NCBI GenBank assembly: GCA_964634945.1
Contig: CAZWMG010000008.1
Location: 268-64,267 of the forward strand
Source: an uncultured Planctomycetia bacterium
GTDB lineage: Bacteria; Omnitrophota; Gorgyraeia; JABMRG01
DNA length: 64,000 nt
Reading direction: 5' to 3'
Shown here one piece after another: positions 1-8,003 of the stretch (positions are counted from its first letter, which is position 1; each line of letters starts with the position of its first letter). The position numbers and the translations under genes were made by a program. The notes under the pieces were generated by a model, which saw only the letters and a program-made list of their open reading frames with translations, made no database searches and was not told the DNA's origin.

Positions 1-720
1 CCTAATACAATATCAACTGAAGACTCATCAACAGGCTCTAATTCATATGACTGGACTATACCATATGACCTATCTACAACCGTTAGGATAAAGATTACAG
101 ATGCTGCTCAATCTGCTGTATATGCTCTATCCGACGTAAATTTTACTATTGCGGTTCCTGAAATTACAATTACATCACCTAACGGTACTGAGCAGTGGTA
201 TGCCAATTCTTCACACGACATTACCTGGGAAGCAGACGGAGACGTAACACATGTAAAATTGGAATACTCTACTGATGGAGGCTCAACCTACCCCAATTTA
301 ATAGCAGCCGCCGCGCCTAACAGCGGGACAACAGGTTCCTACTCTTGGACATTGCCATTTGATGTTTCCAGCCAGGTTAAGGTAAGAGGCACGGATGCTT
401 CAGGTGCAGCTTCAATCAGCCTTTCAGGTTCAGCGGCAGATAAGGTATCGGCAAGCGCTTCTTCTTATGAAAGTGATGACAAAACACTGGTTTTGGATGT
501 ATTGACTGATTTTGTGACAGGTGATGATTTAGTTATTTCAGGCCTGTATTTTACCGAATTCAGCATATCAGATGCTGATAATCTTGAGCTGGATATATAT
601 AATTCAGGCATAGCTTATGCCTTGGATGATAAGACTATTAAGGTTGTTGGAGAGTCAGGGTATCCGTATATTGGCGGAACCGGTGACGGATGGGATTCTT
701 TTGAGAGCGAAAGTTTTTAA
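1..720 (+). CDS. 3' end of large Ser/Thr-rich surface protein (gene A), Ig-like repeats, C-terminal YIGGTGDGWD motif; 5'-truncated by window
   Basis: Frame +1 is open from base 1 (PNTISTEDSSTGSNSYDWTIP...), so the listed 259 start is internal. Ig-like repeats (TSPNGxE..W..EYSTDGG..Y.W..P) resemble those in 2145..4286. Confidence 0.85.
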   Translation, partial: PNTISTEDSSTGSNSYDWTIPYDLSTTVRIKITDAAQSAVYALSDVNFTIAVPEITITSPNGTEQWYANSSHDITWEADGDVTHVKLEYSTDGGSTYPNLIAAAAPNSGTTGSYSWTLPFDVSSQVKVRGTDASGAASISLSGSAADKVSASASSYESDDKTLVLDVLTDFVTGDDLVISGLYFTEFSISDADNLELDIYNSGIAYALDDKTIKVVGESGYPYIGGTGDGWDSFESESF

Positions 721-740
721 CTGAAAAAGGGGTGATTAAA

Positions 741-2039
741 ATGAGAAAACTTATATTAATCTTACTATTGGCTATGGCCTGCGGGTTTTTAACTGTGCCG
801 GTATTTGCTAACAACGTGGCTGTTTCCGGTGTCAGCCTGCAAAATAAGGATTTAGGCGAAGGTACAATAGAGGTGAAGTTTACCTTAACCCAGGACAATA
901 CCTTTTCAGGCACAGACGACAACAGCGCGGCTTTTTATGACCGTATCTGGGTGTTCGTCAAATACTGGGTAGTAGGTTCAGACTCTGAAACAACCGGCTG
1001 GCACCACGCTACCTTGACTACAGGCGGCGCTGTTACGCCCACTTCTGACGGCATGGGCGCGTTCAGCTCAACAGGCGCGGACCAGGTTATCAAATGGTCA
1101 TATGTCACTGACAGTGTGGACCCTCAGAATACGGTAAAGGTTAAGGTCTGTGCTGTTGAAATGGTTTATATCCCCGCAGGTTCGTTTGTGTATAATTTAG
1201 CGGGCATAGGCGGTTCTACCTTTAATAACTACGGCGCAGGGTCACAGGTAACAGTTACCTCTGCCTCTGATATCCCCACAGGCGCCGCCGCAGGCTGGCC
1301 CAATGGTTATTCCGCGTTTTACATCGCCAAATATGAGGTCTCGCAAGGCCAGTACGCGGATTACCTTAATATGCTTTCAGCCTCAGATGCCGGCTCAAGA
1401 TATACAGATAATTACGACAGTTCCAGGCAGTCAGTCTCTTATACTTCAGGCAATGATTATGGCTCAAGGTACTCAGCAGGCAGGCCTGCCAGGGGCCAAA
1501 ATTACCTATCCTGGGATGACTGCAGGGCATATGCATCCTGGTGCGGGTTAAGGCCTTTAACAGAGATGGAGTTTGAAAAGGCAGGCAGAGGCGGCAGTAC
1601 AAGCAGTACCAATGTTTATCCATGGGGAGAGACCGCCCCCTCTTCTACTACTTATACGTTTGATGAGGCGACAATCAGCCAGTACTACGCCTGTTATAAT
1701 AATACATCAGCAGGCCCTACTGATGTGGGCCATTACCTGTCAGGTGATATAACCCGCACAGACGCCCAGGCAGGAGCCTCGGTTTATGGCGTTACAGACT
1801 TAAGCGGAAGCCTCTGGGAGCACCTGATAAACTGTGAGCATTTATCAGTGCCCTCTGATGGAAATGGTACCCTTACCTGGCCTATAAGTTGGCCGGACGC
1901 GGCATCAGGTAAGGGCATCCGCGGTGGTAGCTGGTACAGCGTTGCTACGCACTTGCGCGTGTCGGGCCGTGGCGGCGCTGGCAGCGCGTACGCGACTCGG
2001 AGCCACCATTTTGGGTTCCGCCCGGCCAGGACTCCTTGA
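741..2039 (+). CDS. DGR target protein 1: signal peptide, N-terminal Ig-like domain, FGE-sulfatase/C-type-lectin-fold domain with C-terminal VR
   Basis: Motifs FYIAKYEVSQGQY, GLRPLTEMEFEKA, YPWG, DLSGSLWE, RGGSW...GFRPA. ATG at 741 follows a purine-rich RBS. The 3' end matches TR with A-specific mismatches. Confidence 0.92.
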   Translation: MRKLILILLLAMACGFLTVPVFANNVAVSGVSLQNKDLGEGTIEVKFTLTQDNTFSGTDDNSAAFYDRIWVFVKYWVVGSDSETTGWHHATLTTGGAVTPTSDGMGAFSSTGADQVIKWSYVTDSVDPQNTVKVKVCAVEMVYIPAGSFVYNLAGIGGSTFNNYGAGSQVTVTSASDIPTGAAAGWPNGYSAFYIAKYEVSQGQYADYLNMLSASDAGSRYTDNYDSSRQSVSYTSGNDYGSRYSAGRPARGQNYLSWDDCRAYASWCGLRPLTEMEFEKAGRGGSTSSTNVYPWGETAPSSTTYTFDEATISQYYACYNNTSAGPTDVGHYLSGDITRTDAQAGASVYGVTDLSGSLWEHLINCEHLSVPSDGNGTLTWPISWPDAASGKGIRGGSWYSVATHLRVSGRGGAGSAYATRSHHFGFRPARTP

Positions 2040-2077
2040 TGAGTTACACTTTGTTCTTTGAATTTTTTACGCTTTGG
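1151..2077 (+). repeat. 927-bp direct repeat, copy 1 (3' two-thirds of target gene plus 38 nt downstream)
   Basis: Appears identical by eye to 5189..6115 (constant offset 4038); the shadow ORFs in both copies are also identical. Confidence 0.93.
1913..2038 (+). other. DGR variable region VR1 (including IMH)
   Basis: 126-nt alignment to TR 6666..6791: 18 mismatches at TR adenines plus one C>G near the 3' end (IMH vs IMH*). Confidence 0.95.
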
Positions 2078-2103
2078 TTTTTATTTGGCAGGAAGCGGTG
2101 TTT

Positions 2104-2138
2104 ACGAGGGACGAGGGACGAGGGACGAAGAGACGAGG
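2104..2138. repeat. Heptamer tandem array (ACGAGGG)n
   Basis: acgaggg acgaggg acgaggg acgaag agacgagg, bracketed by gtttac...gtaaac. Confidence 0.8.
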
Positions 2139-2144
2139 TAAACG

Positions 2145-4286
2145 ATGAATAAGCGACTGATAATAACAGTAATCTTGACGGCAGCAGCAGCCATTACAGG
2201 CATCTGGCCTGTCTTTGCCGACCAATATACCGGCGGTACAGGTGACGGCTGGTCCGCAGCTGAATCCGCGGAGCTTGATATCGACGGGCCAGTAGTGGTT
2301 ATCTCAAGCGCCCAAAACCAGATATTCAAGGTGAGCGATTACAAAACCGCCGCAGCTGATATTACCATAACCGATTCTGCGGGAGGGGCTGTTACAGCTG
2401 CTAATGATATCAGGATTACAGTTCCTACTTCTTTTGGTGTGAAATGGAAGAGTTATTTTAGCGGCACTATCGATACTTCAGATGAGAACTTTGCCATCTT
2501 AAACCCAATAGCTGTATCAGCAAGCAATATAGACGTAACCACAGGCGCAGGCCCTTATATAATAGGTGATACTGTAACAGTAACCTGGGATAATACAGTA
2601 GCGACAGGAGACGGCGCAGGTACTGATAATGATGATGTGACAGGCGTGACATGTGATTTCTCATCAATGGAAGGCGGCGAAACAGTAACAATGTATGATG
2701 ATGGTACCAATGGAGGTGACGCTACAGCTGATGATGATATATGGACCGCAAGTTATGATATAACAGCAGGTACAGTAGATACAGCAACAGCCACAGTAGC
2801 TGTTACAGCTACAGACGGCACAAGCACAAAGACCACAGCAGACACCACAGACTTAACAGTAGATAACATAGTACCTGTATTAACAGATGGTAATATATCT
2901 ATTACATCAACCGGCTCAGGCACAGGAGGCGTTTACCTTGCAGGTGACACTGTCACAGCAGAGTGGGATGACACAGCTTCAGGCGATAACAACACAGATA
3001 CCATCTCAACAGTAACCTGTGATTTCTCTGCACTTGGTGGAGGAGCAGCAGTATCCATGACAGACTCCTCAGACACCTGGACAGCATCATATGATATAGA
3101 CAATACCTCAACCACAGGAACACACGCTGTATCATTATTAGCTACTGATAACGCGGGTAACACCACAACCACAGCAGATACAACAGACATTGAAGTAGGA
3201 GCAAGCACATTAACCCTAACATCTCCTGACCCCGGTACCACACACTCATTTAAGGCAGGTACTTCTCAAACAATAGCCTGGACAGCTGGGGGCGATACAA
3301 CAAGTGTTACCATCACTTATTCAACCAATTCCGGCGAAACCTATCCTAATACCATAACCACAGTAGCAAATTCCGCGGGAGCTAATTCCTATGATTGGAC
3401 AACAGCTTCCGATTTAAGCAGTAATGTGAGGATAAAATTGCATGACACTGATTGTTCCGCTGTTTATGACACATCGGATATTGATTTTACCATAGCCATC
3501 CCGACCCTGACTTTGTTAACGCCTTCAGCTTCAGGCATAACAATGTCCGTAGGTGACTCATATAATATTACATGGTCATCGGAAGGCGCGGTATCAGATG
3601 ACTTAAGCTTGTATTTTTCCACAAATTCAGGGACAGCTTACCCAGATACCATCTCTTCCTCAGAAGCAAATGACGGTACCTATACATGGACAGTACCCGC
3701 GGAAGCCGGGTCAGAGCTAAAAGTCAGGATACAGAATGTTTTTTATCAGGAATTGAACAATACCTCTGATGCTGATTTTGATGCCGGAACCGCTTCAAGC
3801 CTTACTGTTTCAGGCAGTGGAAGCAACGGAGCCCTTCAATTAGAAGATTATGTCTTAAGTTTTTCTCCTATGACTATTACGGATAATACAGGGGTCATTA
3901 CCGCGGCTAATGATATAAGAATAAGGATACCTTCTGCTTTTGGCATGACATGGAATACAGCGCATACTACAGCTGTTATTACAGGCAGCGCCGCGGGCAA
4001 GGTATCTACAGAAGTCAGTTACGAGTCTTCTGACAAGGTTTTAGTGCTGGATGTAATCTCGGACTTTACTGCCGGAGACGCTATTGTTGTTTCAGGGCTT
4101 GCTTTCAATAATCTTAGCGCTGTTTCATCATCGGATAATCTGGAACTGGATATATATAATACAGGGGCAACTTATATAACTGACAGCAATCATATTGAAA
4201 TTAAACCTGCTTCTTCCGCCTTGTTTATTGGCGGAACAGGTGATGGATGGGATTACGCGCAGAGCGCGGATCTGGTATTGGAGTAG
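2145..4286 (+). CDS. 713-aa secreted Thr/Asp-rich surface protein (gene B), Ig-like domains, GGTGDGW motifs at both mature termini
   Basis: Signal peptide ending VFA, then DQYTGGTGDGW; MYDDGTNGGD..ADDDIWT motif; C-terminal FIGGTGDGWDY. Confidence 0.85.
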   Translation: MNKRLIITVILTAAAAITGIWPVFADQYTGGTGDGWSAAESAELDIDGPVVVISSAQNQIFKVSDYKTAAADITITDSAGGAVTAANDIRITVPTSFGVKWKSYFSGTIDTSDENFAILNPIAVSASNIDVTTGAGPYIIGDTVTVTWDNTVATGDGAGTDNDDVTGVTCDFSSMEGGETVTMYDDGTNGGDATADDDIWTASYDITAGTVDTATATVAVTATDGTSTKTTADTTDLTVDNIVPVLTDGNISITSTGSGTGGVYLAGDTVTAEWDDTASGDNNTDTISTVTCDFSALGGGAAVSMTDSSDTWTASYDIDNTSTTGTHAVSLLATDNAGNTTTTADTTDIEVGASTLTLTSPDPGTTHSFKAGTSQTIAWTAGGDTTSVTITYSTNSGETYPNTITTVANSAGANSYDWTTASDLSSNVRIKLHDTDCSAVYDTSDIDFTIAIPTLTLLTPSASGITMSVGDSYNITWSSEGAVSDDLSLYFSTNSGTAYPDTISSSEANDGTYTWTVPAEAGSELKVRIQNVFYQELNNTSDADFDAGTASSLTVSGSGSNGALQLEDYVLSFSPMTITDNTGVITAANDIRIRIPSAFGMTWNTAHTTAVITGSAAGKVSTEVSYESSDKVLVLDVISDFTAGDAIVVSGLAFNNLSAVSSSDNLELDIYNTGATYITDSNHIEIKPASSALFIGGTGDGWDYAQSADLVLE

Positions 4287-4318
4287 TCCATAGTCCATAG
4301 TTGACGGTCAATAGTTGA
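4284..4318. repeat. Heptamer array (TAGTCCA-like), left arm
   Basis: tagtcca tagtcca tagttga cggtcaa tagttga; reverse complement of the array at 4701..4742. Confidence 0.8.
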
Positions 4319-4338
4319 TAAGAACAGGAGAAAAGAAG

Positions 4339-4689
4339 ATGTTTAAGTTTGAGAAATTACAAGTCTGGCAAAAAGCGGTTGATTTTACCGCTGATATTCA
4401 TGGATTAAGCAGAAAATTCCCTAAAGAGGAATTATATATTCTAACAAGCCAGATTAAAAGAGCGGCGGATTCTATAGCCTTAAATGTAGCAGAAGGTTCA
4501 ACTGGACAGAGTAACAAAGGATTTCAACAGTTTATTGGTTATGCGATAAGATCAGCAATTGAGGTGGTACCCTGCCTTTTTGTAGGCAGAAAAAGAAAGA
4601 TTATAAGCGAAGAAGATTTTAATATGTTTTATAGCGACGCAGAAGAGATAGTTAAAATGTTACAAGGATTGCGTAACTCACTGGGATAG
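4339..4689 (+). CDS. Four-helix-bundle protein (23S rRNA intervening-sequence protein family, same fold family as Avd)
   Basis: MFKFEKLQVWQKA...FPKEELYILTSQIKRAADSIALNVAEG...AIRSAIE is the typical family signature; ATG 4339 follows aggag. Confidence 0.9.
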   Translation: MFKFEKLQVWQKAVDFTADIHGLSRKFPKEELYILTSQIKRAADSIALNVAEGSTGQSNKGFQQFIGYAIRSAIEVVPCLFVGRKRKIISEEDFNMFYSDAEEIVKMLQGLRNSLG

Positions 4690-4700
4690 TTTTTAGTTCA

Positions 4701-4742
4701 TAGGCTGTTGACTATCGACTATTGACTATCGACTTTGGACTA
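4701..4742. repeat. Heptamer array (TTGACTA/TGGACTA-like), right arm
   Basis: taggctg ttgacta tcgacta ttgacta tcgactt tggacta; further copies lie at 4806..4833 inside the next signal peptide. Confidence 0.8.
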
Positions 4743-4760
4743 AAAAAGGAGGCAACCAAA

Positions 4761-6077
4761 ATGAGAAAACTTATTCGTATCTTGCTATTGACTATTGCCA
4801 TACTATGGACTGTTGACTATGGACTATCGACTGCAATAGCAAACGCCAACAACATAAGCGTGAGTAATACGGTGTTGCAGAACCAGGATGTGGAAAACTC
4901 TACTGTAGAGGTGAAATTTGACATTACATGGCAAAACTCTTTTTCCGATACAGACGGTAACGGCGCGGATTTTTATGACAGGGCATGGATATTTGTTAAA
5001 TACTGGGTGGTGGACGTGGACTCTGAAACAACCGGTTGGCACCACGCTACCTTGACTACAGGCGGCGCTGTTACGCCCACTTCTGATGGAAAAGGGGCAT
5101 TTGTTAATATCGGCGAAGACCAAACCGTAAAATGGAACTACGGCGCGGATGATATAACAGTTTCATCTAATGTAAGGGTGCGTCTTGATGCTGTTGAAAT
5201 GGTTTATATCCCCGCAGGTTCGTTTGTGTATAATTTAGCGGGCATAGGCGGTTCTACCTTTAATAACTACGGCGCAGGGTCACAGGTAACAGTTACCTCT
5301 GCCTCTGATATCCCCACAGGCGCCGCCGCAGGCTGGCCCAATGGTTATTCCGCGTTTTACATCGCCAAATATGAGGTCTCGCAAGGCCAGTACGCGGATT
5401 ACCTTAATATGCTTTCAGCCTCAGATGCCGGCTCAAGATATACAGATAATTACGACAGTTCCAGGCAGTCAGTCTCTTATACTTCAGGCAATGATTATGG
5501 CTCAAGGTACTCAGCAGGCAGGCCTGCCAGGGGCCAAAATTACCTATCCTGGGATGACTGCAGGGCATATGCATCCTGGTGCGGGTTAAGGCCTTTAACA
5601 GAGATGGAGTTTGAAAAGGCAGGCAGAGGCGGCAGTACAAGCAGTACCAATGTTTATCCATGGGGAGAGACCGCCCCCTCTTCTACTACTTATACGTTTG
5701 ATGAGGCGACAATCAGCCAGTACTACGCCTGTTATAATAATACATCAGCAGGCCCTACTGATGTGGGCCATTACCTGTCAGGTGATATAACCCGCACAGA
5801 CGCCCAGGCAGGAGCCTCGGTTTATGGCGTTACAGACTTAAGCGGAAGCCTCTGGGAGCACCTGATAAACTGTGAGCATTTATCAGTGCCCTCTGATGGA
5901 AATGGTACCCTTACCTGGCCTATAAGTTGGCCGGACGCGGCATCAGGTAAGGGCATCCGCGGTGGTAGCTGGTACAGCGTTGCTACGCACTTGCGCGTGT
6001 CGGGCCGTGGCGGCGCTGGCAGCGCGTACGCGACTCGGAGCCACCATTTTGGGTTCCGCCCGGCCAGGACTCCTTGA
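4761..6077 (+). CDS. DGR target protein 2 (paralog of 741..2039)
   Basis: ATG 4761 follows aggagg. The N-terminal domain is diverged (NNISVSN..VEVKFDITWQNSF..YDRAWIFVKYW); the C-terminal ~295 aa are identical to target 1. Confidence 0.92.
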   Translation: MRKLIRILLLTIAILWTVDYGLSTAIANANNISVSNTVLQNQDVENSTVEVKFDITWQNSFSDTDGNGADFYDRAWIFVKYWVVDVDSETTGWHHATLTTGGAVTPTSDGKGAFVNIGEDQTVKWNYGADDITVSSNVRVRLDAVEMVYIPAGSFVYNLAGIGGSTFNNYGAGSQVTVTSASDIPTGAAAGWPNGYSAFYIAKYEVSQGQYADYLNMLSASDAGSRYTDNYDSSRQSVSYTSGNDYGSRYSAGRPARGQNYLSWDDCRAYASWCGLRPLTEMEFEKAGRGGSTSSTNVYPWGETAPSSTTYTFDEATISQYYACYNNTSAGPTDVGHYLSGDITRTDAQAGASVYGVTDLSGSLWEHLINCEHLSVPSDGNGTLTWPISWPDAASGKGIRGGSWYSVATHLRVSGRGGAGSAYATRSHHFGFRPARTP

Positions 6078-6115
6078 TGAGTTACACTTTGTTCTTTGAA
6101 TTTTTTACGCTTTGG
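5189..6115 (+). repeat. 927-bp direct repeat, copy 2
   Basis: Identical by eye to 1151..2077. Confidence 0.93.
5951..6076 (+). other. DGR variable region VR2 (including IMH)
   Basis: Identical to VR1; same 18 A-specific mismatches vs TR. Confidence 0.95.
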
Positions 6116-6126
6116 AAAAAGCTCGT

Positions 6127-6474
6127 ATGAGTCAGACAACGCCTATAGTAAGTAAGACCTATGATTTTATTCTTTGGGTTTTACCGAAATTGGCAAAATT
6201 TCCCAAAGACCAAAGGTTCTTGCTGGGAGACAGGATTGAAACAACGTTGCTTGATTGTCTGGAGCTTTTGATTGAAGCAGTATATTCTAAGGAAAAAAGG
6301 AAGGTGTTAAGAGATGTTAACCTTAAACTTGAAAAATTACGGTTTTTATGGCGAATCAGCCGCGATATGCGCTATACCCCTCTCAGAAGCTATGAGTTTG
6401 GCGCGAGAAGTATTAATGAGATTGGTAAAATGGCAGGCGGTTGGATTAAGAGTGAATTACGCCGGAGTCTCTGA
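6127..6474 (+). CDS. avd: DGR accessory variability determinant Avd
   Basis: MSQTTPIVSKTYDFILW..KFPKDQRFLLGDRI..LEKLRFLWR..EIGKMAGGW is a bAvd-like signature; the gene sits between the target and TR. Confidence 0.92.
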   Translation: MSQTTPIVSKTYDFILWVLPKLAKFPKDQRFLLGDRIETTLLDCLELLIEAVYSKEKRKVLRDVNLKLEKLRFLWRISRDMRYTPLRSYEFGARSINEIGKMAGGWIKSELRRSL

Positions 6475-6665
6475 GTTTACGGATTCAGAGAGAGGCGCTT
6501 TTGATAAGGAGTCCAGGCCTTGTTTCCCGGCTCAGAAACCTAAGCCAAAAACATCGGAGTACCTTGCGCAGGTAGTAGCGGAAATCAGCGAACCTTGCGC
6601 AGGAAAAAGAAAAAACGTCCTTGATTTAAGAATGTTTAAGGATGGGCGCAAGGTCGAAAAAAGCC

Positions 6666-6791
6666 GGGCATCCGCGGTGGTAGCTGGAACAACGATGCTA
6701 CGAACTTGCGCGTGTCGGACCGTAACAACGCTGGCAACACGAACACGAATCGGAACAACAATTATGGGTTCCGCCCGGCCAGCACTCCTTG
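6666..6791 (+). ncRNA. DGR template repeat (TR)
   Basis: AAC-rich (9 AAC + 2 AAT codons in the target frame; 30 adenines before the GFR codons); colinear with both VRs. Confidence 0.95.
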
Positions 6792-6810
6792 TCAAGAGCG
6801 GGAAACAACG

Positions 6811-6878
6811 TTGTCATTCTGAGCCCGTAAGGCCGAAGAATCTAAATACTGGATTCTTTACTTCGTTCAGAATGACAA
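6811..6878. repeat. Palindromic REP-like hairpin in TR-RT spacer
   Basis: ttgtcattctga...gaagaatct aaatact ggattcttt...tcagaatgacaa; perfect 12-bp terminal inverted repeat. Confidence 0.75.
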
Positions 6879-6913
6879 GGGAAAAAGCGCTCAGAATGTG
6901 ACAAGAAGATAAA

Positions 6914-7957
6914 ATGAAAACTTACAAGCATTTATTTGAAAAGATTACGAGTTTTGAAAACTTACTGCGCGCCGCAAAACAGGCGCAGAAGGGCAAGAAG
7001 ATGAAACACAATGTTAGTGAGTTCAACTTTGGATTAGAAAGCGAAATCCTAAAATTGCAGGATGAGCTTAAGAACCAGGCCTACAGGCCCGGCCGATATA
7101 GGCATTTTTATGTTAATGACCCTAAGCGCAGGCTAATTTCTGCCGCGCCTTACAGAGACAGGGTCGTGCATCATGCCTTTTGTAATACTATAGAGCCGTT
7201 ATTTGACAGGACTTTTATATTTGACTCTTACGCTTGCCGTGTTGGAAAAGGAACGCATAAAGCTATGAGCAGGTGTCAGGAATTTATAAAGAAAAACAAA
7301 TATGTTTTACAGTGTGATATAAGCAAATACTTTTCATCTATTAACCATGGGGTTTTACTTTCTATTCTTTCCCGAAAGATTAGGGATAAAAAAGTGATGT
7401 GGCTGGCAGAGCTTATTATTAATTCAGCATTAACTGTTAATGGCTTAACAGGCATTCCTATAGGTAACCTGACAAGCCAGTTTTTTGCTAATCTTTATCT
7501 TAATGAGCTGGACTATTTTGTGAAGTTTGACTTAGGTGATAAGTGTTATCTTCGCTATATGGATGATTTCCTGATATTTAGCGAAAATAAACAGCATTTA
7601 CATCAAGCTAAAGAAAAAATTAACCAATTCTTAGAAAGCTTTTTAAAGCTTAATTTGCACCCCAAAAAATCATCGGTATTACCCATAAACTTGGGTGTAG
7701 ATTTCTGTGGTTTCCGGATTTTTAAATATTTACGTAAATTGCGAAAAAGCAATATAATGTTTTTTAAAAAAAGAGCCGTAAAGATGCAGAGAGATTTTTG
7801 CAGGCAGAAAATTAATATAAATAAAATTTCTCAATCTATAAGGGCTTGGGTCGCCCACGCTAACTGGGGAAATACTTATAGGTTGCGCGAAAAAGTAATG
7901 GAGAATTTAATTTTTAGCAGAAGTTATATGAGTACAGAAGATCGGTCTAACAGGTAA
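6914..7957 (+). CDS. DGR reverse transcriptase
   Basis: 347 aa; YRDRVVHHA, CDISKYF, GIPIGNLTSQFFANLYLNELD, RYMDDF, DFCGFRI; no maturase or endonuclease extension. Confidence 0.96.
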   Translation: MKTYKHLFEKITSFENLLRAAKQAQKGKKMKHNVSEFNFGLESEILKLQDELKNQAYRPGRYRHFYVNDPKRRLISAAPYRDRVVHHAFCNTIEPLFDRTFIFDSYACRVGKGTHKAMSRCQEFIKKNKYVLQCDISKYFSSINHGVLLSILSRKIRDKKVMWLAELIINSALTVNGLTGIPIGNLTSQFFANLYLNELDYFVKFDLGDKCYLRYMDDFLIFSENKQHLHQAKEKINQFLESFLKLNLHPKKSSVLPINLGVDFCGFRIFKYLRKLRKSNIMFFKKRAVKMQRDFCRQKININKISQSIRAWVAHANWGNTYRLREKVMENLIFSRSYMSTEDRSNR

Positions 7958-7986
7958 ACCGGCTAACAGGTTAACCGGCTAACCAG
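7947..7986. repeat. Octamer tandem array
   Basis: ctaacagg taaaccgg ctaacagg ttaaccgg ctaaccag, overlapping the RT stop codon. Confidence 0.75.
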
Positions 7987-8003
7987 TAGATGAGAGGTTA
8001 AAA

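Larger units (their letters stand above)
741..7957 (+). mobile_element. Diversity-generating retroelement (2 targets, avd, TR, RT)
   Basis: TR/VR pairs with 18 adenine-only mismatches, an Avd-like gene, and an RT with the DGR-type GNLTSQ and YMDD motifs. Confidence 0.96.

Noticed and set aside
401-407. Shared caggtgc at junctions 401-407 and 8196-8202 as an att core
   Set aside because: The two sites belong to different cassette pairs and their partner junctions share only GT; a 7-bp match may be chance, and no recombinase is present.
741-6077. Targets as true formylglycine-generating enzymes serving the sulfatase at 56702
   Set aside because: The FGE catalytic Cys region is replaced by the VR; these are CLec-fold binding proteins.
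6314-6901. 195-aa ORF overlapping avd and TR
   Set aside because: It overlaps avd out of frame, runs through the non-coding TR and hairpins, and has no recognisable motifs; probably spurious.
6914-7957. RT as group II intron, retron or CRISPR-associated RT
   Set aside because: It has no maturase/endonuclease domain, no VTG retron motif and no cas genes; avd and TR/VR define it as a DGR RT.
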